The notes under the pieces: model-generated | What the model was told of the DNA's origin: nothing | Database searches by the model: none | What the model saw: the letters and a program-made list of their open reading frames with translations, nothing else | In this document: positions 1 to 18,422 of the stretch, piece by piece | Layout: the number at the start of each line of letters is the position of its first letter | How positions within the stretch are numbered: the stretch's first letter is position 1 | NCBI RefSeq assembly: GCF_009914755.1 | Contig: NC_060928.1 | Reading direction: 5' to 3' (one strand) | Origin: the human T2T-CHM13v2.0 reference genome, Homo sapiens | DNA length: 64,000 nucleotides | Position numbers and translations under genes: made by a program

Positions 1-335
1 TTAAGTTTTAGGGTACATGTGCACAATGTGCAGGTTAGTTACATATGTATCCATGTGCCATGCTGGTGTGCTGCACCCATTAACTCGTCATTTAGCATTA
101 GGTATATCTCCTAAAGCTATCCCTCCCCCCTCCCCCCACCCCACAACAGTCCCCAGAGTGTGATGTTCCCCTTCCTGTGTCCATGTGTTTTCATTGTTCA
201 ATTCCCACCTATGAGTGAGAATATGCGGTGTTTGGTTTTTTTTCTTGCGATAGTTTACTGAGAATGATGATTTCCAATTTCATCCATGTCCCTACAAAGG
301 ACATGAACTCATCATTTTTTATGGCTGCATAGTAT
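1..335 (-). mobile_element. Young L1PA (L1PA2-4-like) 3' end fragment, 5'-truncated; tail runs off the window edge
   Basis: Reverse complement of the L1 3'UTR (..TGCACATGTACCCTAAAACTTAA) with the C-rich tract at 121-143; carries GATGACGAG rather than the L1HS-Ta ACA diagnostic. Confidence 0.9.
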
Positions 336-537
336 TTGGCATTTTCATGGGATCCTTTCCTTTATGTACTTCCTTTTGAAGGGAAAGTGGGCTTGATTTC
401 AGTACAGAAATTAAAAATCTTGATTTCTCTATAGAAATTATAGTGAGAACTATAATCCACTAGAAAAATGTAAATGTATCATGTGCTTTTCTATTAAAAG
501 AAACAAATATATCAAAGGATGTTCTTCATCCTTATTT

Positions 538-1026
538 CAGCAGTCCCCAACCTTTTTTGGCATCAGGAACCAGTTTTGTGGAAGACCGTTATTCCACAGA
601 CAGGGGGTTGGGGGATGGTTTGGGGATGATTCAAGCATATTACATTTATTGTGCACTTTATTTCTATTATTATTACATTGTAATATATATTGAAATAATT
701 ATACAATTCATCAAAATATAGAATCAGTGGGAGCCCTGAGCTTATTTTCCTGCAACTAGATAGTCCCAACTGGGGGTGGTGTGAGACTGTGACAGATCAT
801 CAGTCATTAGATTCTCATAAGGAGCATGCAACCTAGATCCCTTGCATGTGCAGTTCACAATGAGGTTCACACTCCTATAAGAATCTAATGCTGCCGCTGA
901 TCTGACGGGAGGTGGAGCTCAGGTCATAATGCTCCTTGGACTGCTGCTCACCTCCTGCTGTGCAGCAGAGTTCCTAACAGGCCACGGACTAATACCAGTC
1001 CCTGGCCTGAGGGTTGGGGACCTCTG
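538..1026 (-). mobile_element. MER1A (hAT-Charlie) non-autonomous DNA transposon
   Basis: TIRs CAGCAGTCCCCAAC ... GTTGGGGACCTCTG; 8-bp TSD CCTTATTT (530-537) / CCTTATTG (1027-1034); body matches recalled MER1A. Confidence 0.85.
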
Positions 1027-1099
1027 CCTTATTGGACCCAAGCATTGAGCAATGCTTGTAAATTATATGTGTTCAGGAGAATCAGCAACAATACAGAAA

Positions 1100-1720
1100 C
1101 ATTTGCAAAGCCACTAGTGTACCAAGTACCAGGCTCAGTGGTATGAACTAAGGATTCATAATTGAATAGACATAGCTTCTGCTTTCAAATTGCTCATGTA
1201 GTGGAGGTGGGGCACGGGGAAGGTCAAGTCAACAAGGATCTGTGTGGTATGTGCTGTAAGAATCCACCTATCTTAGTGACTGATGAAATGTGAGATGGGA
1301 ACAAAAAAGATACAAGAATCTAGGATGACTCCAAGTTTTCCAGCCTGGGCAAGTGGGTGGATAGGATGTCATTAACCAAAACAGACAATGAAAGGACAAT
1401 AGCAGATTTGAAAAGAAAATATGTTGAGTTCAGAATGCCTGGAAGTTATTAAGGTGGATATATCTAGTAGACAGATATATAGGTCTGGAGATAAGGAAAG
1501 AAATCAGGACTGGAATGTAGATTTGGGAGTCATTTATACATAAAATTAAAGCTAAAAAAATAAGTTAGATCAGCAGGAAAAAAAAAGGAGAAGAAAAGCA
1601 AATGAAGGAAAAATTCAAGGAAACAGCAGGACTAATAAATGGATTAAGAAACAGGAACCAGCAATGAGTCTGAGGAGGACTGAACAGAGAGGTAGAAGAA
1701 TCAGATAGAAGTGTTCCTCA
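1100..1720 (-). mobile_element. L2 LINE fragment (resumes ~2200-2330 after the Alus)
   Basis: Typical antisense L2 motifs: GATGACTCCAAGTTTT, GGTCTGGAG..., TAGATTTGGGAGTCAT. Confidence 0.6.
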
Positions 1721-1724
1721 ATTC

Positions 1725-1853
1725 CTTTTTTAAAAAAATACAGGGGTCTTACTATGTGGCCCAGGCTGAACTTGAACTCCTGGGCTCAAGCATTCCTCCC
1801 ATCTCAGCCTCCCGGGTAGCTGGAACTACAGTCCTGTGCCCCCACATGTGGCT
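1725..1853 (-). mobile_element. FLAM_A-type free left Alu monomer
   Basis: GGGGTCTTACTATGTGGCCCAGGCT..CTCCTGGGCTCAAGC..GTAGCTGGAACTACAG, monomer length. Confidence 0.75.
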
Positions 1854-1878
1854 TCAATTCCTAAAAACCAAGAGAGGA

Positions 1879-2278
<400 letters not shown>

Positions 2279-3384
2279 TCAGCATTAGTGACTTCAGAGG
2301 TGTCAGTTTTGGTAGAGAGGTGGATAAAGGACCTGTAGTGTATTATTTTACTCACCTCGACCCATGTCTCCTTAACAGCCATCAAAGTTGGGTGTCAACA
2401 TTACCTTCTAGAGACTGTATCATATGAGCTTTTTCTGACAACCAAAAGTAGGTTTCTTCACTTTCCCTTTTTCTTTCTCCCTTCACCTCCTCAAACACAT
2501 TGAGGTTTCTTTTCCTCCTATACGATGTATTTATTGTTCTCTCCATTTCTATTTGCCATATAGAAGATGCTGCTATTTCTTGGCTTATTTGCACACCAAG
2601 TTCTCATAAAAAGAACTCTTTGCTCCTATCTGAACATAAGTTATCTGAGCCAGTGGATGGCTTCTAACAGGTATTAATGAACTTTGCAAATAGCACTCCT
2701 AGTAGACCCTTGCTCTACCCACAAGACCGTGTGGCACATACCAGATGATCTAATTAGAACAGTTTTGATTGAGAAGACGAATTGGTGGAAACTCAGAACT
2801 AGTTGCAAAATCACATTTCCAGTCTTTTGTTTTGCATCCTTTCAAGCAGTAATGCTTATTTTACTTTCATAATGGTGAGGCATATAATGAAGCTAGTCCT
2901 GCATGTTGGGGAGGCTTTGCCAAATGCAGAAAAATTACCAAAAATAATTGGAAAAAATATTTTTTTATGAAAATTATTATGGGAATTACATAATCACATA
3001 AAATCAGAAGCAAATTGTGATGTGAAGCATGATATAGGTCATAGTAAGCTGTGTTGTCTGAAGGCAGCAAACACAGAGGGATCGGAAAGCTGCTTCATGT
3101 GGTATTGGTTGTGTGCCTGTAGGCTTTAAGCTTCAGAGAACTATGTGAAAATTGGTTTGGGGGTTTAGAAAGATGATCATAAATTTAGTTTAGATTGTTG
3201 AATTTGAGATTCTAATCTATCTTGAGAAAGATCTGGATGGAAAACTCTACCAGGAATTTGTAAATTGGAAAGGGAAGGCTGAAGGGAAACAGAAGCTGAA
3301 AGAGATTTGAGGGGCTCTGCATGGAATAATGGGATTAGTTCAGATTACCAATGTATAATAAATATACTGTCAGATAAAAGAAGG

Positions 3385-4161
<777 letters not shown>

Positions 4162-4301
4162 AACACAAAGTGAAAAAAAGATACTAAGGAAAAAGACAAA
4201 GAAGACATAATCTGAAAGGTAAGACAGTGTGTATCAGGGAACCAACGGGGAAGAAAAATGGGAGTGGATCAACAGTATTAAATATTGAAGAGAGAATAAT
4301 T

Positions 4302-5514
<1,213 letters not shown>

Positions 5515-6444
5515 GAAGAGAGAATAATTATATTTCTTTCTATGCACATTACACTTGTGATAGAAAAATAAATCTATTAATCATAATAGATTATGCATCA
5601 TTTATTTGATGTTTAAAAAGACCCGGAGCTTGTAATTTTTATTATTTTAAAAGACTTTATAAAATATCTCTTAATTTTCTTTCAACTGAGCCACAAAACT
5701 TCATAAATTGTGTTTCATGTGTAAGTTTGACAATAACGACTATGTCATAGAATAGATAGTAGCAAAGAGGCTACAAAAATATTCCAGGTGTGAAAAATAT
5801 AATTTACACATATCTAAATAAGTTAATTGTAGAGCTTTCTAATGGATTCTAAACCATATGATCATACTGGATTTTTTTTGTTTAGTTTTCAGTGTCTTTG
5901 TTCTAAGACAGAAAATTTATATCCATCTTATTGACAGTATTCATCTCCAAAAATGAATATACTGACTAGAACAGAATTTTATTAAGGGAGACTTTGCAAT
6001 CACTTAAAATCCAAAATTGAATGACAATCTTATACATAACAAAGAAATGAAGTGTAGGAGATTCTCTCAATCAGCAAATTGCATTTCACAACCTGCTACA
6101 CTTATGTCTGAAGATATGCAATAACTTTCATGGATTATATATAAAATGGATTATATACAAAGTTATTTCATCTTTCCAAGGTCTCCTTCATTACTAAAAT
6201 ATGCTAAGACTTATCCTGAATTCCTTTATTTGGTAGTCTTGCTTATTGAGAAATCCAAGAATTAGGAAATAAACCCCAAAAGACCTTGGAGCAGGTAAAA
6301 ATAGTACTTAAACACACATGCCTGCACGGGCACCTGCGTACTTTATTTAATAGATTTCCTTGAATCTCTCCTCATGTTCTAATTATTCTGGCTTTTTAAT
6401 ATAGTGCTCATAGCAGATTTAAAATAAAATTTATCATCCATGTA

Positions 6445-6490
6445 AGTGTCATATCATACATGGCTAAAGGCAAAGCTTGGCCAAGAATCC

Positions 6491-6547
<57 letters not shown>

Positions 6548-6900
6548 CTGCAGGGTTCTGGCTTTATCTCAAATCTGTCTTCCCGCATAGCTGTAATGTG
6601 TCTGTCAGCAGCACCCAGTACAAATACCTCCTCATTTATGCCCACCAGAGGTCTTTTTTGCTGACTCTCAAGCATGAAAAGGGAAACTGTTTTCTCATAA
6701 ACTCCCATGAAATTCTCTTAATACCTCAATCAGCCCAAATTAAGTCACGTGTCCACTGCTGCACCAATCACCATGGTCAGGACAATGTGGTATCTTATAT
6801 TAACTGGCTTCACCCTGGGCCTATTCTGGAACTGAGATTTGGAGCCAATTCTACTAAAAATATGTGACTGAAAATTTAGAGAGCTATTAGGAAGGAGGAA
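6445..6900 (-). mobile_element. Old MLT1 (K/L-like) LTR fragment
   Basis: AAGTCACGTGTCCACTGCTGCACCAATCACCATGGTCAGG resembles the antisense MLT1K core; heavily diverged. Confidence 0.45.
6495..6545. repeat. (TG)~25 microsatellite
   Basis: Uninterrupted TG run. Confidence 0.98.
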
Positions 6901-8254
6901 GTGAACTTAAGGAAGAAAAGAAAAATTTATTATCAGGCTATGGAGATACCTTATGGATCCCAAGGATAGGAATGTTCCGGGCTCCAGGAAGGAATGGAAC
7001 TGGGAATGGGTCCATTGGCAATCCTTGGCACTGTTTCACTGCCTCTTATTTCTCCTTCTTGTTAAGCCTATCTTTTCTTTTTTTATTAGAAAGAAAGTAT
7101 CCAGATCATGTGATGGGCAGAAGACAGCTTCTCATATTTCCCAAGTTCACATGTTACAATTACAGACACACAGAGAATTTAACACTCACTCTGGCTCCAG
7201 ATTCCACATTGCCTGGGAAGGGACCTGAATTAGCCTAACAACAGTCAGCTGCCCACCCTTTATGCAATTAACCATTCCCAGGAATGGGGTCATTATAAAC
7301 AAACTTGGCTTCTAGAATCCTACTCCTGTGTATCAGGGAGTAGTTAAAGGGATTACAGGGAGCTAGGCAGCCTTCACACAATGTGTCTATCACAGGCAGT
7401 AACTGCTGGAGAACATTGCATTGCTGCAAACTGTCAGCAACAAGAGAAAAAGAATTTATGAATCAGATACAGAAATATAAGTGTATGGCACAGAATCAGG
7501 ACAGACCATTCCATGTGCTCCAATTGTCCATGTTCATGACAATAATTCTGGGTCATTTAATGTTACACTAGCTTCACACTATTGTAGTTAAAATGAAATT
7601 TTACACAGTTAAATGTATGGCCATTATTATACTACTTTCTATGACCTAAAGCTACCTTAATTTTGTCTTCTTAACCTGTCTACATTGTTGTTATTCATTG
7701 TTAATAAAAATCATGTTCTAAATGATCGTAGTGATTCAGAATTGATATCAAAAATAACTGAATCATTGCGATCGTTTCTAACATGAATTATTTCAACAAA
7801 CATTTCAGTATCACTAAATAGCATGCTTTCCTTCTTTCATAATGTATGCAGTTTTACTTACATAGTTTTGACTGAACTAATGAAGGTGAGTTTTATTCAT
7901 CTTACTTCCCAGGGATGCACTTGCCATTAAACTGTTTATAGATTTTCTAATTCCCAAGTTTTGGTGGCAAAACTCAATGCACCTACTGAATGAATAGTTT
8001 CTCTACATTGAAGTCAGATTCACTTAAGAAGTAATGTGGCTGGGCTGAAGAAACCCTAAGCGCACCCTAAGCACACAGTCCTGGAATTAAAAAAAAAGAT
8101 AGGCCCAGATATTTATTAACAAAGAGACTCAAATAAATCATACTTATCTGTCAGTGTGACAGGAATGCTGTGAAGCTAGACCCAGGACTGCCTCTATTGA
8201 GCCTCTGTTCTGCTTTTCCTTAACTGTTCTAGATTAAGGGGAGGACCCTTCAGG

Positions 8255-8480
8255 GGAGGACAGCATCATGGTTAAAAATGCAGCCCCTAGAGTCAGGAGT
8301 CCATGGGAGCAGTTTAAAAGCATGGGCTGAATTAGAATCCTACCTCTTCCACTGAGGATCTTTGGGAAAATTACTTACCTTCCCTGGCTCAGTTTCCTTC
8401 TTCATGCAAGAATAATAATACCTACCCCATAATGGCTTATACAAACCCAAGTTAAGAGCTTAGTAAAATGCTCATATTCA
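8255..8480 (+). mobile_element. MIR SINE
   Basis: GGTTAAAAATGCAG.., TTACTTACCTTCCCTGGCTCAGTTTCC, AATAATAATACCTACC core. Confidence 0.6.
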
Positions 8481-10489
8481 GTACACTGCCCTCTATAAAT
8501 TCTCCTTCTCTTCTTATTCTATCCTAACCTGTTTGCTTGCTCTGGTCTACGTTACCTAACAGTTAGGTTCCTTGTTTTCTGTTCTTAATGAATCTTTGTA
8601 TACCAATAAAAGATACCTGAAAAATCTTGCCATATTGAATACCAAATCATTCTTATTTTCTTTTTCAAATATTTTCCAAACAAAACTTTTCTGGAAACCC
8701 CATACCTTGGTGAAATCCTAAGTCTTTTGGTCAATTCAGATCCCTTTGTAAGGAAAAAAGGCCAAATTTCTTTGTGGTAACTGGTGTTTTCATCTGATCT
8801 AAAGATTTTATTTCTATTTTCTAGAAAGTGCCAGTAACCCTCTGGTGCTCATATTTTTTAAATTATTTTTAATTTTATGGATACAAAGTCAGGATAAATA
8901 TATATAGGGTACATGAGATATTTTGATACAGGCATACATTGTGTAATAATCACATCAGGGTAAATGGGGTATCTATCGCCTCAAGCATTTATCATTTCTT
9001 TGGGTACAAACATTCTAATTACACTCTTAGTTATTTTGAAACACACAATAAATTTTTGTTTACTATAGTCACCCTGTTGTGCTATCAAATACTAGATCTT
9101 ATTCACTCTATCTAACTATATTTTTGTGCTCACTAACTGTCTCCTCTTTCTCCCTCTCCCCACCACCCTTCCCAGCCTTGGGTAACCATCAGTCTACTCT
9201 CTATCTGCATGAGTTCAGTTGTTTTAATTTTTAGCTCCCACAAATAAATGAGAAGATGTGAAGTTTGTCTTTCTGTGCCTGGCTTATTCACTTAACATAA
9301 TATCCTCCAGTTCCATTCATGTTGTTGCAAATGACAGTATCCCATTCTCTTCTATGGTTGTATAATAATCCATTGTGTATATGTACCACATTTTCTTTAT
9401 CTAGTCATCTGTTTATGGACTTTTGGTTGCTTCCAAATCTTGACTATTGTGAATAGTGCTGCAATAAACATGGGAGTACAGATATCTGTTAGAGATATTG
9501 ATTGCTTTGCTTTTGGGTATACATCTAGTGGTGGGATGGCTGGATTACACAGTAGCTCTATTTTTAGTTTTTTGAGAAACCTCCATACTGGTCTCCATAA
9601 TGACTATACTAATTTACATTCTCACCAACAGTGTATGAGAGTTTCCTTTTCTCCACATCCTTGCCAACATTCCTTATTGCCTGTCTTTTGGGTATGAGCC
9701 ATTTAAGTGGAGTGAGATGATATCTGATTGTGGTTTTGATTTGCATTTCTCTGATGATCAATGGTGTTGAGCACATTTTCATATACCTGTTTGTCATTTG
9801 TATGTCTTCTTTTGAGAAATGTCTATTCAGATCATTTGCCAAATTTTTAAAAATATTATTAGATTTGTTTTCCTATAGAGTTGTTTGAGCTCCTTTTATA
9901 TTCTGGTTATTAATTGCTTGTCAGGTGGGTAGCTTGCAAATATTTTCTCCCATTCTGTGGGTTGTCTCTTCAGTTTGTTGGTTGTTTCATATACTGTGCA
10001 GCATCTTTTTAACTTGATGTGATCCCATTTGTCCATTTTTTGCTTTAGTTGCCTGGGCTTTTGGGGTATTACTCAAGAAATTTTTGCCCAAACCAATGTT
10101 CTAGAGAGTTCTCCCAATATTTTCTTTTAGCAGTTTCATAGTTTGAGGTTTTATATTTAAGTTTTTAATTCATTTTTATTTTATTTTATTTTTCCATATG
10201 GCAAGGGATATGGGTCTAGCTTCATTCTTCTGCATATGGGTACCCAGTTTTCCCAGCACCGTTTATTGAAGAGACTGTCCTTTCCCCCATGTATGTTCTT
10301 GGCACCTTTGTCAAAAATGAGTTCACTGTAGATATATAGATTTATTTTTGAGTTCACAATTCTGTTCCATTGGTCTATGTGTCTGTTTTCATAGCAATAC
10401 CATGCTGTTTTGGTTACTACAGCTCTGTAGTATAATTTGAAGTCAGGAAATGTGATTCCTCCAGTTTTGTTCTTTTTGCTCAGGATGGC

Positions 10490-10851
10490 TGATATGATTT
10501 GGCTGTGTCCCCACCCAAACCTCATCTTGAATTATAGTACCCATAATCCCCATGTGTCATGGGAGGGACCTGGTGGGAGGTAATTGAATCATGGGGTCAG
10601 GTTTTTTCAGTGCTGTTCTCATGATAGTGAATAAGTCTCATGAGATTTGATGGTTTTATAAAAGTCAGTTCCCTTGAACATGCTGTCTTGCCTACTGCCA
10701 TGTAAGACACGCCTTTGCTTCTCCTTTGCCTTCCACCATGATTGTGGGCCTCCCAGCCATGTGGGACTGTGAGTACATTAAACCTCTTTTTCTTTATAAA
10801 TTACCCAGTCTTGAGTATTTCTTCATAACAGTATGAAAATGGACTAATACA
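10490..10851 (+). mobile_element. THE1B/C solo LTR
   Basis: TGATATGATTTGGCTGTGTCCCCACCCAAA ... GGACTAATACA; 5-bp TSD ATGGC at 10485-10489 / 10852-10856. Confidence 0.92.
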
Positions 10852-13511
10852 ATGGCTTTGGCTATTCTGGGTCTTTTGTGGTTCCATATAAATTTTAGGA
10901 TTGTTTTTTCTATTTCTTTGAAGAATGTTACTGATATTTTGATAGGGATTGCATTGAATTTGTAGATTGCTGTGGGAAATGTGGACATTTCAACAATATT
11001 AATTCTTCCAATCCATACACATGGAATATTTTTCCATTTTTTTGTGTCCTCTTCAATTTCTTGCATCAATGATTTATAGTTTTCATCAGACATATTTTAC
11101 TGCTTTGGTTAATTCCTAGGTATTTTATTTTATTTGTAGCTATTGAAAATGGGCTTACATTCTTGATTTCTTTTTCAGATTGTTCACTGATTATATATAG
11201 AAATGCTACTGATTTTTATACGTTGATTTTGTATCCTGTAACATTACTGAATTTATCAGTTCTAACAGTTTTTTGGTTGAGTATTTAGGTTTTTCTAAAT
11301 ATAAGATTATGTTATCTGCAAACAAGGATAATTTGACTTCTTCTTTTCAAATTTTGATGCTGTGTATTTCTTTCTCTTGTCTGATTGCTCTAGCTAAGAC
11401 TTCCAGTACTATGTTGAATAACAGTCGTGAAAGTGGGCATCCTTCTCTTGTTCCAGATTTTAGAAGAAAAGCTTTCAGGTTTTACCCATTCAGTATGATA
11501 CTAGCTGTGGGTCTGTCATATATGGCTTTTATTTTGTTGAGGTACGTTCCTTCTATATTTAATTTGTTGAGAGTTTTATCATGAAGGGATGTTGAATTTT
11601 ATCAAATGCTTTTTCAGCATCAGTTAAAACGATCGTATGGTTTTTGTCCTTCATTCTGTTGATAGAATGTATCACATTGATTGATTTGCATATGTTGAAC
11701 CATTCTTGCATCCCTGGAATAAATCCTACTTGGTCATGATGAATAATCTTTTTAATGAGTTGTCGAATTTGGTTTACTAGTATCTTTTACAGGCAATATT
11801 GGCCTGTAGTTTTCTTTTTTTAGATGTGTCTTTGGTTTTGGTATCAGGGTAATACTGGCCTAATAGAATGAGTTTGGAAGAATACTCCTCTCTTCTATTT
11901 TTTGAAATCATTTGAGTAGGATTGGTATTAGTTCCTCTCTAACCATTTGGTAAAATTCAGCAGTGAAGCAATTGGGTTTTGGTCTTTTCTTCGCTAGGAG
12001 ACTTTTTATTATGGCTTCAATCTCATTACTTGTTATTGGTCTGTTCAGGTTTTAGATTTCTCATGGTTCAATGTTCGTATGTTTTATATTTCTAGAAATT
12101 TATCCATTTATTCTAGGTTTTACAGTTTATTGTTATATGGTCATTCCTAGTGCTCTCTCATGATCCTTTGACTTTCTGCAGTATCAGTTGTAATGTCTCC
12201 TTTTTTATCTCTGATTTTATTTATTTGGATCTTTTCTTTTTTTCTTATTCTGGCTAAAGCTCTTTTGGTTTTGCTTATCTTTTCAAAAAAACTAACTTTT
12301 CATTTTATTGATCTTTTGTGTTGTTTTTTATTTCAATATTATTTATTTCTGATCTGGTCTTTATTGCTTCTTTTCTACTAATTTTGGGTTTGGTTTGCTC
12401 TTGCTTTTCTAGTTCATTAAGAAGCATCGTTAGATTGTTTATTTGAAGTTTCTCTACTTTTTTTATTTAGGCACTTATTGCTTTAAACTTTCCTCTTAGT
12501 ACTGCTTTTGCTGCATCTCATAGGTTTTGGTATATTGTGTTTCTATTTTCATTTGTTAAAGAGTTTTTTCAATTTCCTTCTTAATTTCTTCATTGACCCA
12601 CTGGTCCATCAGGAGCATATTGATTAATTTCCATATGTTTGTATAGTTTCCAAAGTTCCTCTTGATTTCTAGTTTTATTCCATTGTAGTCAGAGGAGATA
12701 TTTAATGTGATTTCAGTTTTTTTGAATTTTTAAAGACTTGTTTTGTGCCCTAATATATGGTCTACCTTTAAGAATGATTCATGTGCTGAGGAGAATAATG
12801 TGTATTCTGAGCCATTGGATGAAATGTTCTGTAAATATCTATTAAATCCATTTGATCTATAGTGCAGATTAAGTCTGATGTTTCTTTGTTGATTTTCTGT
12901 CTGGATGATCTGTCCAATGCTGCAAGTGGAGTGTTGAAGTCTCCAGTGATTATATTATTGGGGTCTATCTCTCTCTTTAGCTCTAATAATATTTGCTTTA
13001 TATATCTAATAATATTAGCTCTAATAATATTTGCTTTAGATATATATTTATATATGTATCCAGTGTTCAGTGCATATATACTTTAAATTGTTAATATCTT
13101 ATTGCTGAATTAATCCCTTTATCATTACATAATGACCTTTTTGTCTCTTTTTATAGATTTTATCTTGAAATCTATATTTACCTGATATAAATATAGCTAC
13201 TCCTGCTTTTTTTGGGTTACCATTTGCATGAAATGTCTTTTTCCATCCCTTTGTTTCACTCTTTGTGTGTTTTAATAGGTGAAGTGTGTTTCTTTTTTTT
13301 TTTTTTAATTATACTTTAAGTTCTAGGGTACATGTGCACAACATGCAGGTTTGTTACATGTGTATACATGTGCCATGTTGGTGTGCTGCACCCATTAACT
13401 CGTCATTTACATTAGGTATATCTCCTAATGCTATCCCTCCCCACTCCCCCCACCCCACAATAGGCCCTGGTGTGTGATGTCCCCCTTCCTGTGTCCAAGG
13501 GTTCTAATTGT

Positions 13512-17342
<3,831 letters not shown>

Positions 17343-17405
17343 TATGATGTTAGCTGGTTATTTTGCTCGTTAGTTGATGCAGTTTTTTCCTGGCCTCAAT
17401 GGTGT

Positions 17406-18422
17406 TTACAATTTGGCATGTTTTTGCAGTGGCTGGAACTGGTTGTTCCTTTCCATGTTTAGTGCTTCCTTCAGGAGCTCTTGTAGGGCAGGCCTGGTGG
17501 TGACAAAATCTCTCAGCATTTGCTTGTCTGTAAAGTTTTTTATTTCTCCTTCACTTATGAAGCTTAGTTTGGCTGGATATGAAATTCTGGTTTGAAAATT
17601 CTTTTCTTTAAGAATGTTGAATATTGGCCCCCACTCTCTTCTGGCTTGTAGAGTTTCTGCTGAGAGCTCCGTTGTTAGTCTGATGGGCTTTCCTTTGTGA
17701 GTAACCCGACCTCTCTCTCTGGCTGCCCTTAACATTTTTTCCTTCATTTTAAGTTTAGTGAATCTGACAATTATGTGTCTTGGAGTTGCTCTTCTCAAGG
17801 AGTATCTTTGTGGCGTTCTCTGTATTTCCTGAATTTGAATGTTGGCCTGCCTTGCTGGATTGGGGAAGTTCTCCTGGATAATATCCTGCAGAGTGTTTTC
17901 CAACTTGGTTCCATTCTCCCCGTCACTTTCAGGTACACCAATCAGATGTAGAGTTGGTCTTTTCAGATGGTCCCATATTTCTTGGAGGCTTTGTTCATTT
18001 CTTTTTGTTCTTTTTTCTCTAAACTTCTCTTCTTGCTTCATTTTGTTCATTTGATCTTCAATCACTAATACCCTTCCTTCCAGTTGATTGAATCGGCTAC
18101 TGAAGCTTGTGCATTTGTCACGTAGTTCTCGTGCCATGGTTTTCAGCTCCATCCAGTCCTTTAAGGACTTCTCTGTATTGGTTATTCCAGTTAGCCATTC
18201 GTCTGATCTGTTTTCAAGGTTTTTAACTTCTTTGCGTTGGGTTCGAACTTCCTCCTTTAGCTCAGAGTAGTTTGATCGTCTGAAGCCTTCTTCTCTCAAC
18301 TCGTCAAAGTCATTCTCCGTCCAGCTTTGTGCCGTTGCTGGTGAGGAGCTGCATTCCTTTGGAGGAGGAGAGGTGCTCTGATTTTTAGAATTTTCAGTTT
18401 TTCTGCTCTGTTTTTTCCCCAT
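17406..18422 (-). CDS. LINE-1 ORF1p (RNA-binding nucleic acid chaperone), intact 338 aa
   Basis: MGKKQSRKTENSKNQS..; coiled coil, RRM and CTD; ARR and YPAKLS motifs intact, REKG changed to RERG; canonical length. Confidence 0.93.
   Translation of the reverse strand: MGKKQSRKTENSKNQSTSPPPKECSSSPATAQSWTENDFDELREEGFRRSNYSELKEEVRTQRKEVKNLENRSDEWLTGITNTEKSLKDWMELKTMARELRDKCTSFSSRFNQLEGRVLVIEDQMNKMKQEEKFREKRTKRNEQSLQEIWDHLKRPTLHLIGVPESDGENGTKLENTLQDIIQENFPNPARQANIQIQEIQRTPQRYSLRRATPRHIIVRFTKLKMKEKMLRAARERGRVTHKGKPIRLTTELSAETLQARREWGPIFNILKEKNFQTRISYPAKLSFISEGEIKNFTDKQMLRDFVTTRPALQELLKEALNMERNNQFQPLQKHAKL

Noticed and set aside
5571-5592. 9-bp inverted repeat AATCTATTA/TAATAGATT
   Set aside because: Short and AT-rich; expected by chance.
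6446-6867. CVCVCV / HTHTHT-repeat ORFs
   Set aside because: Translations of the (TG)n microsatellite.
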